Below are positions 9,970-19,857 of a stretch of 64,000 nt of DNA, in pieces. The notes under the pieces were generated by a model. The model was not told the DNA's origin, made no database searches, and saw only the letters and a program-made list of their open reading frames with translations. The position numbers and the translations under genes are program-made. Each line of letters opens with the position of its first letter. Positions within the stretch are counted from its first letter, which is position 1. Source of the stretch: a virus; the IMG/VR virus record IMGVR_UViG_3300028030_000001, positions 1 through 64,000 of that record; one strand, 5' to 3'.

Positions 9970-12218
9970 TGGCGTATACCTTAGCTGATCTAACATTCGA
10001 TGTTTTTGGTAATTATTTTTATTATTACTGCAGACGTGTAGCTATAGGGCCAATACCATATAGTGCTAGCAGAGTAAGATTCAGAATGTTGTCAGAAGAT
10101 ATAGGGGACAACTCTAAAATATTGAGTGTTAGGTCTGTTTGTATAGGCATAGCTGACGATACAGCGTATTATCCAAATTTGTACGATTTGACAAAACCTA
10201 TTGTACAATGCACTTCAGGTGGTGAAGAATATTTTAATGTAAATGTAAGACCGTCTGGAACTGTAACTGATTGGGTTAATATCAATATTAGTGCGGGTGA
10301 CACTATACTAATTCAGTTTTACGAAGCGGCTAGTCTTAATGGAGGAGGTCAAGAAACTTATAGGCGATATTATTCTGGCGATAGTGTCCACGATGGCTTC
10401 AATAAGGTCGGTACTTGGTATTCTTACGGAACTTATGACCAGCTTTTAGGTGATAACAATAATTGGGGCAATAATCTTAATTGGTATCAACATGCCAGTT
10501 ATCCTTTTGTAGTTGATCTTATAGAAGGTATGAGAGGCCCTTTTAGCGTAGTTCAGCCTATATATACGGCTGATATACACGCTAAACAGGCAATTCATAC
10601 AGCAGACATACATTTTAATCAAAGCTTTGGTCCAGCTTATATATTCAGAAAGCACAGGGTAGAACCTTTTGGTTTGCTTATAGGCAAGCAATATAATGAG
10701 CCTTTCCAATATAACGGACTGTCATACCAAAATAAACAGTATTTTGGTATTTTATTAAGCAACTCTTTAGGTTATCAGTCATTACACAGCTTAGTAGAAA
10801 CAAGCACAAGACAGTCATTTCAATACCATAATCCGTTTAGTGTCAGACAAGCTATATCTGGAACCACTAGTATATCACCCAAGCGGTTTAGACAGATTTT
10901 TAGTATAAAAAACACCTACACTATACAGAATATAAATATTGGTCAGTTGTTTGGTATAGTACAAACAAGCTCTTTTTTACAAGATGTAGACGAAACTGAC
11001 ACATTATCACCAATAATGTTGCGTCAAAATATACGTGATTATGAAAGTAATTACATACATTTTAATCAGCCGTTTTCTATATACGAATCAATAGCCAATA
11101 AGCAGTATAGACAACTATTTAGTTTAGTAGACTACAATAAAGTAGCCTCACATTTTAATCAGGTTTTTGATCTGCGTGATAGCACAGAAATTGTAGACAA
11201 TAATACAGAAGTTCTACATAATGGTGTGGCAATAGATGTTTTTAGTTTTGACATAAGCATAAGTCAAGGCGATTTTTATTGGTCTTTTAATGCTACGTTG
11301 GACGATGTTGATGTCTATAACAATATAAATATAGGCGACTCAATATCAGTAGAGATCAATAATGGTGCTGTAACATTTAATTTTATAGTAGATGGTAAGA
11401 CAAAAACACAGTCAGTTTCTTCACTGAACTTAAATGTATCAGGGTTATCTAACAGTTCTTTGTTTGGCGGAGTATGGCATAAAAGCATAAACTACATAAA
11501 TAACACAGACACTACATTTCACACTGTAGCTATAGAATTGTTGGGTAACAGTAATATAGTATTTGATTTGGATGATTATTTCATAAAAGCTGGTACTTTG
11601 TCTGTAGAAGATAAAACACCCATACAAATAGTGTCTTTGTTAGCTGAGGTTCGTGGTGGTTTTTTACAATCTTTACCTGATGGAAGGGTTTTAGTAAGGC
11701 ATAAATATAGTGATACAGCTTTATTACACGAATATACGACTACTGATGATGTTTTTTCTTTAACAGAGAAACCAGTTCAAGCGGAAGGTTACAATAAAGT
11801 TACTATAATATCAGAATCTGGTGTGTCCAATTATTCCTGCATGTTAGTAGATAAACCAATAAGCAGCGTATTACATGAGATAGAGGTTTACGAAGAGCCT
11901 TTTAATAGTGTTCCGGCACTGAAATCTAACAATGTTCCAGGAAGTAGTCTGTGGTATAAAGATACCGTTACTGAGAAGGTTAGTGAGACGGTAACTATAA
12001 TTGATGGTTTGGGCAATATTTCATTTGCATCTTTTGGTGTTATAAATTATAGTTGGATTGGGGACAACTTAGGTAACATAACAGTTACTGGTACTGATGT
12101 TGTATCTTCAGTGGTAGGTAATTCGTTACTTAGTATAACTTACAACAAAAAATATCACAGATTTGTGGCCACAGGGGATTATAACACAAGTCTGTTAGTA
12201 TATAAGGAAGCAGATTAA
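9969..12218 (+). CDS. putative baseplate hub / tail-associated protein
   Basis: 749 aa. C-terminal half resembles hub proteins (TPIQIVSLLAEVRGGFLQSLPDGRVLV); repetitive xFNQxF middle. Confidence 0.55.
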   Translation: MAYTLADLTFDVFGNYFYYYCRRVAIGPIPYSASRVRFRMLSEDIGDNSKILSVRSVCIGIADDTAYYPNLYDLTKPIVQCTSGGEEYFNVNVRPSGTVTDWVNINISAGDTILIQFYEAASLNGGGQETYRRYYSGDSVHDGFNKVGTWYSYGTYDQLLGDNNNWGNNLNWYQHASYPFVVDLIEGMRGPFSVVQPIYTADIHAKQAIHTADIHFNQSFGPAYIFRKHRVEPFGLLIGKQYNEPFQYNGLSYQNKQYFGILLSNSLGYQSLHSLVETSTRQSFQYHNPFSVRQAISGTTSISPKRFRQIFSIKNTYTIQNINIGQLFGIVQTSSFLQDVDETDTLSPIMLRQNIRDYESNYIHFNQPFSIYESIANKQYRQLFSLVDYNKVASHFNQVFDLRDSTEIVDNNTEVLHNGVAIDVFSFDISISQGDFYWSFNATLDDVDVYNNINIGDSISVEINNGAVTFNFIVDGKTKTQSVSSLNLNVSGLSNSSLFGGVWHKSINYINNTDTTFHTVAIELLGNSNIVFDLDDYFIKAGTLSVEDKTPIQIVSLLAEVRGGFLQSLPDGRVLVRHKYSDTALLHEYTTTDDVFSLTEKPVQAEGYNKVTIISESGVSNYSCMLVDKPISSVLHEIEVYEEPFNSVPALKSNNVPGSSLWYKDTVTEKVSETVTIIDGLGNISFASFGVINYSWIGDNLGNITVTGTDVVSSVVGNSLLSITYNKKYHRFVATGDYNTSLLVYKEAD

Positions 12219-12718
12219 TGGCTGTAACTGCATCTTTAGTAGTTAAATTTGGATCAAATAACGAAGACGGATACTTATTAGCGGAACTCGATGAGGAAAG
12301 AAATAACGGTAGTTCTGGTCCGTTTTATTTCGGTACATCTTTCTTTTTTAGGGTTTGGAGCAATGTACCTTACACTATATCTACTACTTCTGGTATTGTC
12401 AGAGCAGAAGGTCTGTATATAACGAGCAAGGACTTGAAAGAAGAACTCATTTTTGTTGAGTCAGTAGAGGCTTCTGTTCGTTATCCTATATACAGACTGA
12501 AAGAATCAAAGTGGTTTGGTGGTTACGGTAGTTTGAACTATACTGGTCAGAAAGTTTTTGTAGACAAGGACTCTGGATTCTTAGGTGTTTGTCATATTAC
12601 TTATACTACTAAATACGATTTATGGCGATTTACGTCTGACGCCACACTAACAGGAGAAAATTATTCGGCAGTCATTTTGATTAAACAAACTGAAAATATG
12701 GTTTCTGCTGTAGCCTAG
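12218..12718 (+). CDS. putative tail protein
   Basis: TAATG-coupled ORF, 166 aa. Confidence 0.5.
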   Translation: MAVTASLVVKFGSNNEDGYLLAELDEERNNGSSGPFYFGTSFFFRVWSNVPYTISTTSGIVRAEGLYITSKDLKEELIFVESVEASVRYPIYRLKESKWFGGYGSLNYTGQKVFVDKDSGFLGVCHITYTTKYDLWRFTSDATLTGENYSAVILIKQTENMVSAVA

Positions 12719-12747
12719 TGTGTTAAAAGGTAATTTAAATATAATTC

Positions 12748-13047
12748 ATGGCTGTTTATGAAATAAAAAGAGGTAAGGGAGATAAACCTGCACCAGACAT
12801 TTTCGATACTCTAGTTAGTAGTGCTGATGTAGCTCGTGATAGGGGTTTGTCTGTTATAGAAGACTCTAAAATAGGCAGAATTAATGTCGTATATTCCTTG
12901 CTTTTGAGAGACGATATTCCTTTGTTATGCGATAAAATCAGTGTTAGTGAAAGTAAACTAAAACGCAGAGTAGGCAGGATTAAAACAATAAAGATAACTT
13001 TTTCTGACGATGACATTAGCTATATGGTAGGGGCTGAAGTTGAATAG
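12748..13047 (+). CDS. putative tail/baseplate protein
   Basis: 99-aa ORF in tail operon. Confidence 0.5.
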   Translation: MAVYEIKRGKGDKPAPDIFDTLVSSADVARDRGLSVIEDSKIGRINVVYSLLLRDDIPLLCDKISVSESKLKRRVGRIKTIKITFSDDDISYMVGAEVE

Positions 13048-13282
13048 TTTTGATGGCATAACAGCGTTATTAAACGATAACGCTAAAATAACTGTTATAG
13101 GTACAGTAATATCTGTGGTAAATGGTATAGCTGAAGTTAAGACTTTGTGGAACAAAGTAGTTAGAGCACGTATAGCCGTAACTGATGTTATTCGTGTAGG
13201 TGATAGTGTTTTGGTGTCAGATAATTCTGTTATAGGTAAAGCTGTTATACCTAAAACATCTGTTATGACTTATGAGGTGTAG
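13040..13282 (+). CDS. small OB-fold-like spike/baseplate protein
   Basis: GTVISV...AEV...VGDSVLV pattern typical of short OB-fold spike proteins. Confidence 0.45.
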   Translation: MNSFDGITALLNDNAKITVIGTVISVVNGIAEVKTLWNKVVRARIAVTDVIRVGDSVLVSDNSVIGKAVIPKTSVMTYEV

Positions 13283-13288
13283 GTTGCT

Positions 13289-14875
13289 ATGGTGTATGCG
13301 TATATAGACACATCAGCTACATATAACGGTGACGGTACTGTTCCAGATCAGGCTACCAGTGATGGAGGTGTCGGAGCTTACAACAATATCCAGACTTTTT
13401 TAAATGATGTTAATGTCAATGACAAAACAACAGGAATTTTACGCAGATTAAATCTTGGAAGTGTAATATTTATTACTTCGGCTTTTAGCTGTTCTAATGA
13501 CGGAACTGCTGAACAATCGTTATCACTAATTGGCTATCCTTTCAGTAAATCTGTAGATAACATACCTATAAACGATATAAACACATTGTCCAGACCTTAT
13601 GGTGATAAATTTTTATTCAGAACTACAGATGATAGGGTAGGGGATAGTGGTTATTATGACCATTTTTGGGAAGGTGCTTATATAACTATACACCAAGCTG
13701 GAACGAGTAATGATGGACTTGTTCGTAAATGTATTTGGTCAGAGTTCGATGGTACAGGCATGGTTATAGGATTGTTCCCTAATTTGCCGGAACCTTTAAC
13801 CACTGAGGCTACCTTTGATATAACACTTACAACATCTGAGTATGGCAATATAACTGTGCCCGCTTGGGATAACGATACTAATAGCAGACCTATTATAGAT
13901 TCAGGCAATAATAATATAAATGTATTTGGTTTTAGTGGTAGAGATTACTGGAAAGCTAAGAACTTGTGTGTAATAGGTTCTAGTAGTTACACCAATATGA
14001 CTACATTTTATGGTATACCTAGTCTCGAATCTGTAGTGGTAGATAGAGTAGGCGGCACAGGTCTCAGGCCGTTTTCTGGGTATGGAGAGAGATTGCTAAA
14101 AGATGTGTATATTAGTGTGGGTTATTGGGGAATAGTGTTTGATGCGTTAGCTGGGGCATCTAATATAGTCATGGATCATGTCCACATTAATAGAGGTAAT
14201 CCAGGACTTTTACACCCTACTGTAGCTAAAGCAACTAACATATCTATATCAAAAGTAAAAGACTGTAATCTTGACATAAATCACAAACTTTCATCAGGCT
14301 TTTTTTCTATAGATTGTATAGAGTCTATAGGAAGTAATTTTAGTTACATAAATAGAAGTGCAGGACACTACCAACACAGCACCTTTACTAGGTTACTCAC
14401 ACGAGATGCATATTATGATAAGTATGACATAACATCTACACATTTCTGTTATACTATAAAGTCAGATTCGTCTTTATGGTCTACCCCTCCTTCTGGTGTT
14501 GATACTGTGATGGTTATAGAACCAATATCTTTATGTAGTCCTGATTATAACACGCCTTTTTACATACATCCTGTGTATGTAACTGCTAATGTAACTAAGA
14601 CTGTAACTATATATTTTAGACCAGTAAACTGGTCTGAAAATGTTACAAATAAAGACATATGGTTTGAATTAAGGTATTTTAATGAACCAAACAGCATTAA
14701 TAGCATAACAATATCTACTAAAGGAGATGGCAGCACAACATATGCTAACGATACTTGGAACAGTATATCAGTGTCTTTTGTGCCCAAACAAACAGGTTTA
14801 GCTTATGTGGATTGTTTTTTTAGCTGTTACGAGGACAGTGCATATATGCTTATAGATTTAGGTAGTGGTATGTAA
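13289..14875 (+). CDS. putative tail fibre / receptor-binding protein
   Basis: N-terminal YID...GDGT motif, beta-helix-like middle, jelly-roll-like C-terminus. Confidence 0.55.
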   Translation: MVYAYIDTSATYNGDGTVPDQATSDGGVGAYNNIQTFLNDVNVNDKTTGILRRLNLGSVIFITSAFSCSNDGTAEQSLSLIGYPFSKSVDNIPINDINTLSRPYGDKFLFRTTDDRVGDSGYYDHFWEGAYITIHQAGTSNDGLVRKCIWSEFDGTGMVIGLFPNLPEPLTTEATFDITLTTSEYGNITVPAWDNDTNSRPIIDSGNNNINVFGFSGRDYWKAKNLCVIGSSSYTNMTTFYGIPSLESVVVDRVGGTGLRPFSGYGERLLKDVYISVGYWGIVFDALAGASNIVMDHVHINRGNPGLLHPTVAKATNISISKVKDCNLDINHKLSSGFFSIDCIESIGSNFSYINRSAGHYQHSTFTRLLTRDAYYDKYDITSTHFCYTIKSDSSLWSTPPSGVDTVMVIEPISLCSPDYNTPFYIHPVYVTANVTKTVTIYFRPVNWSENVTNKDIWFELRYFNEPNSINSITISTKGDGSTTYANDTWNSISVSFVPKQTGLAYVDCFFSCYEDSAYMLIDLGSGM

Positions 14876-15929
14876 AATGCTTACCTATAACGGCCACATA
14901 TTTCCGGGATTAGCTTCTGACTCGTATGTATTCTTTGAAGGGGAAGTGTGGCCTGGTATTAATAGTTTGGGACGCCACGAAGTTGGTATGTTGGAAGTAG
15001 TATCTTTAGTAGATACGCATAGGACTTTAGGAACATTTCATGTTAACATAACAGAAAATACTAATGTTAGCACAGATGACGAGTCTTTAGCCGGAAGACT
15101 TAACGAAGTTATTCACGGTTTTGAAGTGAATGACATTAATAGTGCTGTTCCTGAGTATTTAAGGTGGGTTAATGATTATCTATCGGCTATAAGCCAAGAA
15201 CTTAGTCACAAAGTTTTTTATGGCAATGCTTATGATTTGTTAGATTTGAAAAGTGATATTTTGTGTAGTGTATCATATATAGCAGAAAATGGTGAATTTG
15301 TAGACATTACTGATGATTTTATAGTTATAAAATCAGCATTTTCTATTGTATATGATACAGTACACGCTATTGATTCTTTATATAGGTATGCTAAATTTAG
15401 TGGCTATGTGTATGACTCTTCAGTCCTAAGTGATACATACTCTGTATTATCAGATTTTTTTCTTAAACTTAGTGATGCTGTAGGTGTTGAATCAGATATT
15501 GTTGCCATAACTCACGCTATATCTAGTATAGCCTCAGAAATAGGTATAGACAATCACATATTTTCTTCTGTGTCATCTGTATTTATTGATAACTTATCTG
15601 CAGTTGATAATATACGAACATTAGCCCAGTTTATAAGTAAAGTTTTTGATTATATACCTATTAATACAAATCAAAGTGTGTTTAGACTCAGTTTAATGTC
15701 TAATGACGTTATAGGTATTAAGTCAACAATATACGCTAACGCTAATTTTGTTTCTTGGCTATTGGATGGGTTGTCTGTTAATTCTTATATAGATACAATA
15801 GAAATATCTATTAAGGGTACTATAACTGTTAAGTTTAGTGGTAATATGCCTAATATTGTATTTGATGGTACAACACCAGAAATAATGTTTAAAGGTAAAA
15901 TACCAACTATAATTTTTAAAGGAGAATAG
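14865..15929 (+). CDS. repetitive structural protein
   Basis: 354 aa with periodic Asp/Ser/hydrophobic repeats; start may be the ATG at 14877. Confidence 0.5.
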   Translation: MVCKMLTYNGHIFPGLASDSYVFFEGEVWPGINSLGRHEVGMLEVVSLVDTHRTLGTFHVNITENTNVSTDDESLAGRLNEVIHGFEVNDINSAVPEYLRWVNDYLSAISQELSHKVFYGNAYDLLDLKSDILCSVSYIAENGEFVDITDDFIVIKSAFSIVYDTVHAIDSLYRYAKFSGYVYDSSVLSDTYSVLSDFFLKLSDAVGVESDIVAITHAISSIASEIGIDNHIFSSVSSVFIDNLSAVDNIRTLAQFISKVFDYIPINTNQSVFRLSLMSNDVIGIKSTIYANANFVSWLLDGLSVNSYIDTIEISIKGTITVKFSGNMPNIVFDGTTPEIMFKGKIPTIIFKGE

Positions 15930-15930
15930 T

Positions 15931-16473
15931 ATGAATTTATTTCTTGTTGGTTTATCAAAAAAAGTCAAGAACTGTTTGGGTCTGTCTGGTATATGGTCTG
16001 CTGTTCACCGTGATGTTAACGGTAATATAGTAGACGAGGTTGTGTGGCATAACTTGGTAACTGATGAAGGGTATAATCACATACTTGGTGTGGTCTGTCA
16101 TAATTCTGGACAGATACACCCTTGGTACATAGAACCGTTTATTGATGATTATACACCTGCGGAGACCAACACATACAATTCACCTGGATATACGCCAGCC
16201 ACAGACACACATTATACAGAGACAGGTAGACAAGAGTGGCCTGAAGATGCTCCGTCTGGAACTTCTATAAGCAACTCGTCTGCCGTAGTCATAACAGCGG
16301 CTACTACTGTTACATTTTATGGTATGGGACTTGTAGGCGGCGGCACAAGTATAACAACTAAAGGTGACATTTCTGGTGGTGGTGTATTGTTGTCGTCCGG
16401 TAGATTCAGCACAGCTAAGACACTTGATGCTGGTGAAACTCTGGGAATAACTTATACATTGCAAAAGGCTTAA
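15931..16473 (+). CDS. phage tail-associated structural protein
   Basis: AAGGAG RBS; HNLVTDEG...GETLGITYT pattern common in tail genes. Confidence 0.6.
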   Translation: MNLFLVGLSKKVKNCLGLSGIWSAVHRDVNGNIVDEVVWHNLVTDEGYNHILGVVCHNSGQIHPWYIEPFIDDYTPAETNTYNSPGYTPATDTHYTETGRQEWPEDAPSGTSISNSSAVVITAATTVTFYGMGLVGGGTSITTKGDISGGGVLLSSGRFSTAKTLDAGETLGITYTLQKA

Positions 16474-16475
16474 TT

Positions 16476-16826
16476 ATGGTTGTTAAGACCACAAATTTGA
16501 GTGTAATGCCTAAAGAGCAAGGTACTATTGTTATTAATTGTACTTTGTTAGACGAACAAAATAACGAAGTTGTGCCTTATGAGTTGTCTTATATACTGTC
16601 TGATAAGTCAGACAGAGTAATAAAAGAGGACACTATTACTCCTGACAGTAATATAACTATTGTATTTACTGGAGATGACTTGGCTTTAACAGAGGAAGAA
16701 CAAGTTGCTGGATCAGGAGTTAGGTACTTAACTTTGAAAGGCAGATATAACAGTAGTGTTGGCGGAGGTCTACATTTAGTAGATTCTTGTAAATTTGATG
16801 TTCTTAACACTTCAGGTATACAATAA
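16476..16826 (+). CDS. Ig/BppU-N-like small structural protein
   Basis: 116-aa beta-sandwich-like pattern. Confidence 0.45.
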   Translation: MVVKTTNLSVMPKEQGTIVINCTLLDEQNNEVVPYELSYILSDKSDRVIKEDTITPDSNITIVFTGDDLALTEEEQVAGSGVRYLTLKGRYNSSVGGGLHLVDSCKFDVLNTSGIQ

Positions 16827-16845
16827 ATGATTGTGAGGTAATAAA

Positions 16846-18516
16846 ATGGCTATTGCTGATGACATTAGTGTAAGTTCAAATGGTGATTTGAGGTATGTAG
16901 GTGCTGCTCATGGTCAGCCAGGTGCAGGATATTACACGGTTATAGAACTGCACAGATTTCTACAAGATTTGGCAGATAACTTGAGTTCTTCAGGAGACGA
17001 TATTCTTGATATAACTCATGATACACCGTCAGACAGATCAACAGACAATATTATTACATTGTTAGGCAACACTAATATTGACGATACTTTGGCGGAACAT
17101 TTGTATGACGGGTCTATAATTCAAAAAGATGGAGACGAAATTTATGATGGTATAGTTAATTTCGGTGTTGAAGGAATTCACATTGAAATTATGCAGAACG
17201 GCTCTCTTATTTCAAACGATTTTTGGAATACTATACCAGATGGTGAAACGACTAAGGGGCTTAATCGTGACACTAATGCGGGTATTTCCCACAGATTTCT
17301 TATCAAAGTTCGTACAGGTGGTCAAGATATAGACGGTAGACGTTTGCTTGGCATGGCTAGGGAATTTGGAAATACTTATAGCGAATTTCCTATTAACGGT
17401 AGTCAGCGAGGTAACAATGTTTTAGCTCTAACACAGTCTGATGATCTTAACAACAACACTGACGAGTCCGTAGTAGCTACCTGGACAACTATAACAAATG
17501 TAGAAGGCTACAACGGTATTGATGTTACTGGTGACGGAACAAACGAGTATTACTACTCTAAATGGGATAAAGATACTTATACCATTAATCAGTTCTATGA
17601 GCGTATGAAGTGGTTGACTCGAAGAGGTTCTACTTCAACTTTGTACGGGCTATCTGGTGAAATATTCAGGGGCATTACGCACGAGATAAATGTTGATAAT
17701 CCGTCTGGCACTTTCAATGATGTAGAGCCTGTAAGTTGGCCTACTGGTACGGGCCAGATGTTGGCGATAAATTCAACTACAGCACCCACAAAAATGTGGA
17801 TACAGCTTCTTACAGGTGTACCTCCCACAGACGGCCAGACTATTACAGGAGGAACTTCTTCAGCTACCTGTGACGTAGACACTACAGTTATCGAAAGGCC
17901 AGTATCTAAACCGTTTGTGGGAGCATCTACAGGTTCAGCTATTATTGGTGGTTATGGTCTTGGTATAGAAGCTTCAGACCTGACAGCTTCTGATAAGTTG
18001 TTTGATCTTACGAATACTCCAAGAGTTCCACCTAATAACGTTACTTTTACTGTTTATGGGCTGGTGTCCGGCGAAGACACTGTATTGGTAAGTTCTGAGA
18101 GTAACGGAGGTATAGACACAACACAATTTACTGTTAATGGTGCTCATACTGCAGGCTCGTCAACTCTTACAGTTAATGAGACTATACCTGTTGATACACC
18201 GTCTGCTGGTACTATAAGATGTTGGAACGGCACTTCATTTGTGCGTGTGACTTACACAAGCTGGTCAGGTTCAGTATTTTCCGGTTGTACTGGAGTTCCT
18301 GATATGAATGACGGGGATAATGCTTGGTTATCTTATATTGATGCTGTAGCTACTGGCACTTCTATGTCGTTTACTGGAGTGTACAGTGGATCAGACAGGT
18401 CACTGTTTATTCGTGTACGTGATGGTGGTGTATCCCCTATAAAGCCTTTTGAAACTACAGGTACATTAGGTAGTTCTGGTGGATCGGCTACAGCTATAAG
18501 AACATCTGACGAGTAG
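16846..18516 (+). CDS. major tail-fibre/appendage-type structural protein
   Basis: GAGGT RBS; Gly/Thr/Ser-rich 556 aa. Confidence 0.55.
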   Translation: MAIADDISVSSNGDLRYVGAAHGQPGAGYYTVIELHRFLQDLADNLSSSGDDILDITHDTPSDRSTDNIITLLGNTNIDDTLAEHLYDGSIIQKDGDEIYDGIVNFGVEGIHIEIMQNGSLISNDFWNTIPDGETTKGLNRDTNAGISHRFLIKVRTGGQDIDGRRLLGMAREFGNTYSEFPINGSQRGNNVLALTQSDDLNNNTDESVVATWTTITNVEGYNGIDVTGDGTNEYYYSKWDKDTYTINQFYERMKWLTRRGSTSTLYGLSGEIFRGITHEINVDNPSGTFNDVEPVSWPTGTGQMLAINSTTAPTKMWIQLLTGVPPTDGQTITGGTSSATCDVDTTVIERPVSKPFVGASTGSAIIGGYGLGIEASDLTASDKLFDLTNTPRVPPNNVTFTVYGLVSGEDTVLVSSESNGGIDTTQFTVNGAHTAGSSTLTVNETIPVDTPSAGTIRCWNGTSFVRVTYTSWSGSVFSGCTGVPDMNDGDNAWLSYIDAVATGTSMSFTGVYSGSDRSLFIRVRDGGVSPIKPFETTGTLGSSGGSATAIRTSDE

Positions 18517-18522
18517 ATTTCT

Positions 18523-19857
18523 GTGTCTATTGCGCTTGATTATATAACTATTAATGATTGTGAAGATTCAGGGTCTTGGTCCACTGTTGGTAATGCTAGT
18601 GGACTTGCCGATTCTGATTATCCATCTAAGCAGGGCAGTCAGTGTGTGGAATTTGACTGCTCTGCTACATCTACACCTTCAGGCATAGTTTGTGATAGTT
18701 ACTCTAGCAATATAGACATAGAAGTCTATGAGATAGGCGTTTGGTTTCTTAATCCAGTTGTTAACGAGAACGGTGATAGGCTGTTGCAAACAGGTGATGA
18801 TGCGCTCAGGTTGCGTCTATACGCCTCAAGCGGTAATTATGCAGATTTTTACCAACAACAGCATAAAAATTCTAGGGGAGAATATAACGGTGGGTGGCTT
18901 TATTTAAGAGCCTCTGGTTGTGTAGGATCAGAAGATGCTAATAGTGGAACATGGACTGCTACAGATGTGGCTTCTGTAAGACGTGTAGCTGTTCTTATCA
19001 AAACTTCTAATGATAACACAAACAAAAATGCTGCTGAATATGGTGTAGATTGGGTTAAGGCTTACAGTAAGATAACTGTAACAGGCTACAAAACAGGTAC
19101 TACACCATACAGTTTGCAAGATATATATGACGAAGACATAGATAAAGATTCTGGTGGGGGTGTGTGGGGTGTAGTTAACAAGTCTGATACTTATTACTCT
19201 TTTTATTCCGGCCTTGAATTTGGTGATGGTACGAATGCCGGAGCGTTCTCGACTTCAAATGAGTTTATATACTTAGACCAGTCATCTGATACACAGAATT
19301 ATGACATAAAGATAAAAAACAATTTTACTGTTACTCTGGGTATGAAAGTTACAGGGTCAGACGCAACTTACGCAAAAGATGGTACGCCTGTAACCGTGAA
19401 CACAAGCCCACGGTATCAATCTTCAGACTCAAGCAAAGTAGGTCCTCCGTCATTTATTGTTGAATCAGGAGGTGTATTCAAATGTTATGCGTCTTATATC
19501 TCTGACTTTAATATTGTCAATCTTGGGTCGGGAGGATCGTCTGTACTTGATATAGTTCGGTGTGATTTCTACAATAATAAAGCTGTTTATCTGAATTCGT
19601 CTAACCTTGATTTTATTCAGACTAAGTTACATTTTCCTGGCACTAACAAATCTAATATAGGCATAATTTACAGCATTAAATCATTTGAAGATATAACTGT
19701 GTTCCAGGCTACGGAATCGTTTACTGTAAGAACGAACATGACCATGAACAGGTATACAGCGTCTGATACAACTAATGACTTGGTAATACTTGACGGTGTT
19801 ACTGTTAATGTTATTGATTCGGATATTGACACAAGCAGTTTGAAACGTATTACATAA
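18523..19857 (+). CDS. fibre-like protein, paralog A
   Basis: GTG start; collinear similarity to 19857..21182 by eye. Confidence 0.55.
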   Translation: MSIALDYITINDCEDSGSWSTVGNASGLADSDYPSKQGSQCVEFDCSATSTPSGIVCDSYSSNIDIEVYEIGVWFLNPVVNENGDRLLQTGDDALRLRLYASSGNYADFYQQQHKNSRGEYNGGWLYLRASGCVGSEDANSGTWTATDVASVRRVAVLIKTSNDNTNKNAAEYGVDWVKAYSKITVTGYKTGTTPYSLQDIYDEDIDKDSGGGVWGVVNKSDTYYSFYSGLEFGDGTNAGAFSTSNEFIYLDQSSDTQNYDIKIKNNFTVTLGMKVTGSDATYAKDGTPVTVNTSPRYQSSDSSKVGPPSFIVESGGVFKCYASYISDFNIVNLGSGGSSVLDIVRCDFYNNKAVYLNSSNLDFIQTKLHFPGTNKSNIGIIYSIKSFEDITVFQATESFTVRTNMTMNRYTASDTTNDLVILDGVTVNVIDSDIDTSSLKRIT

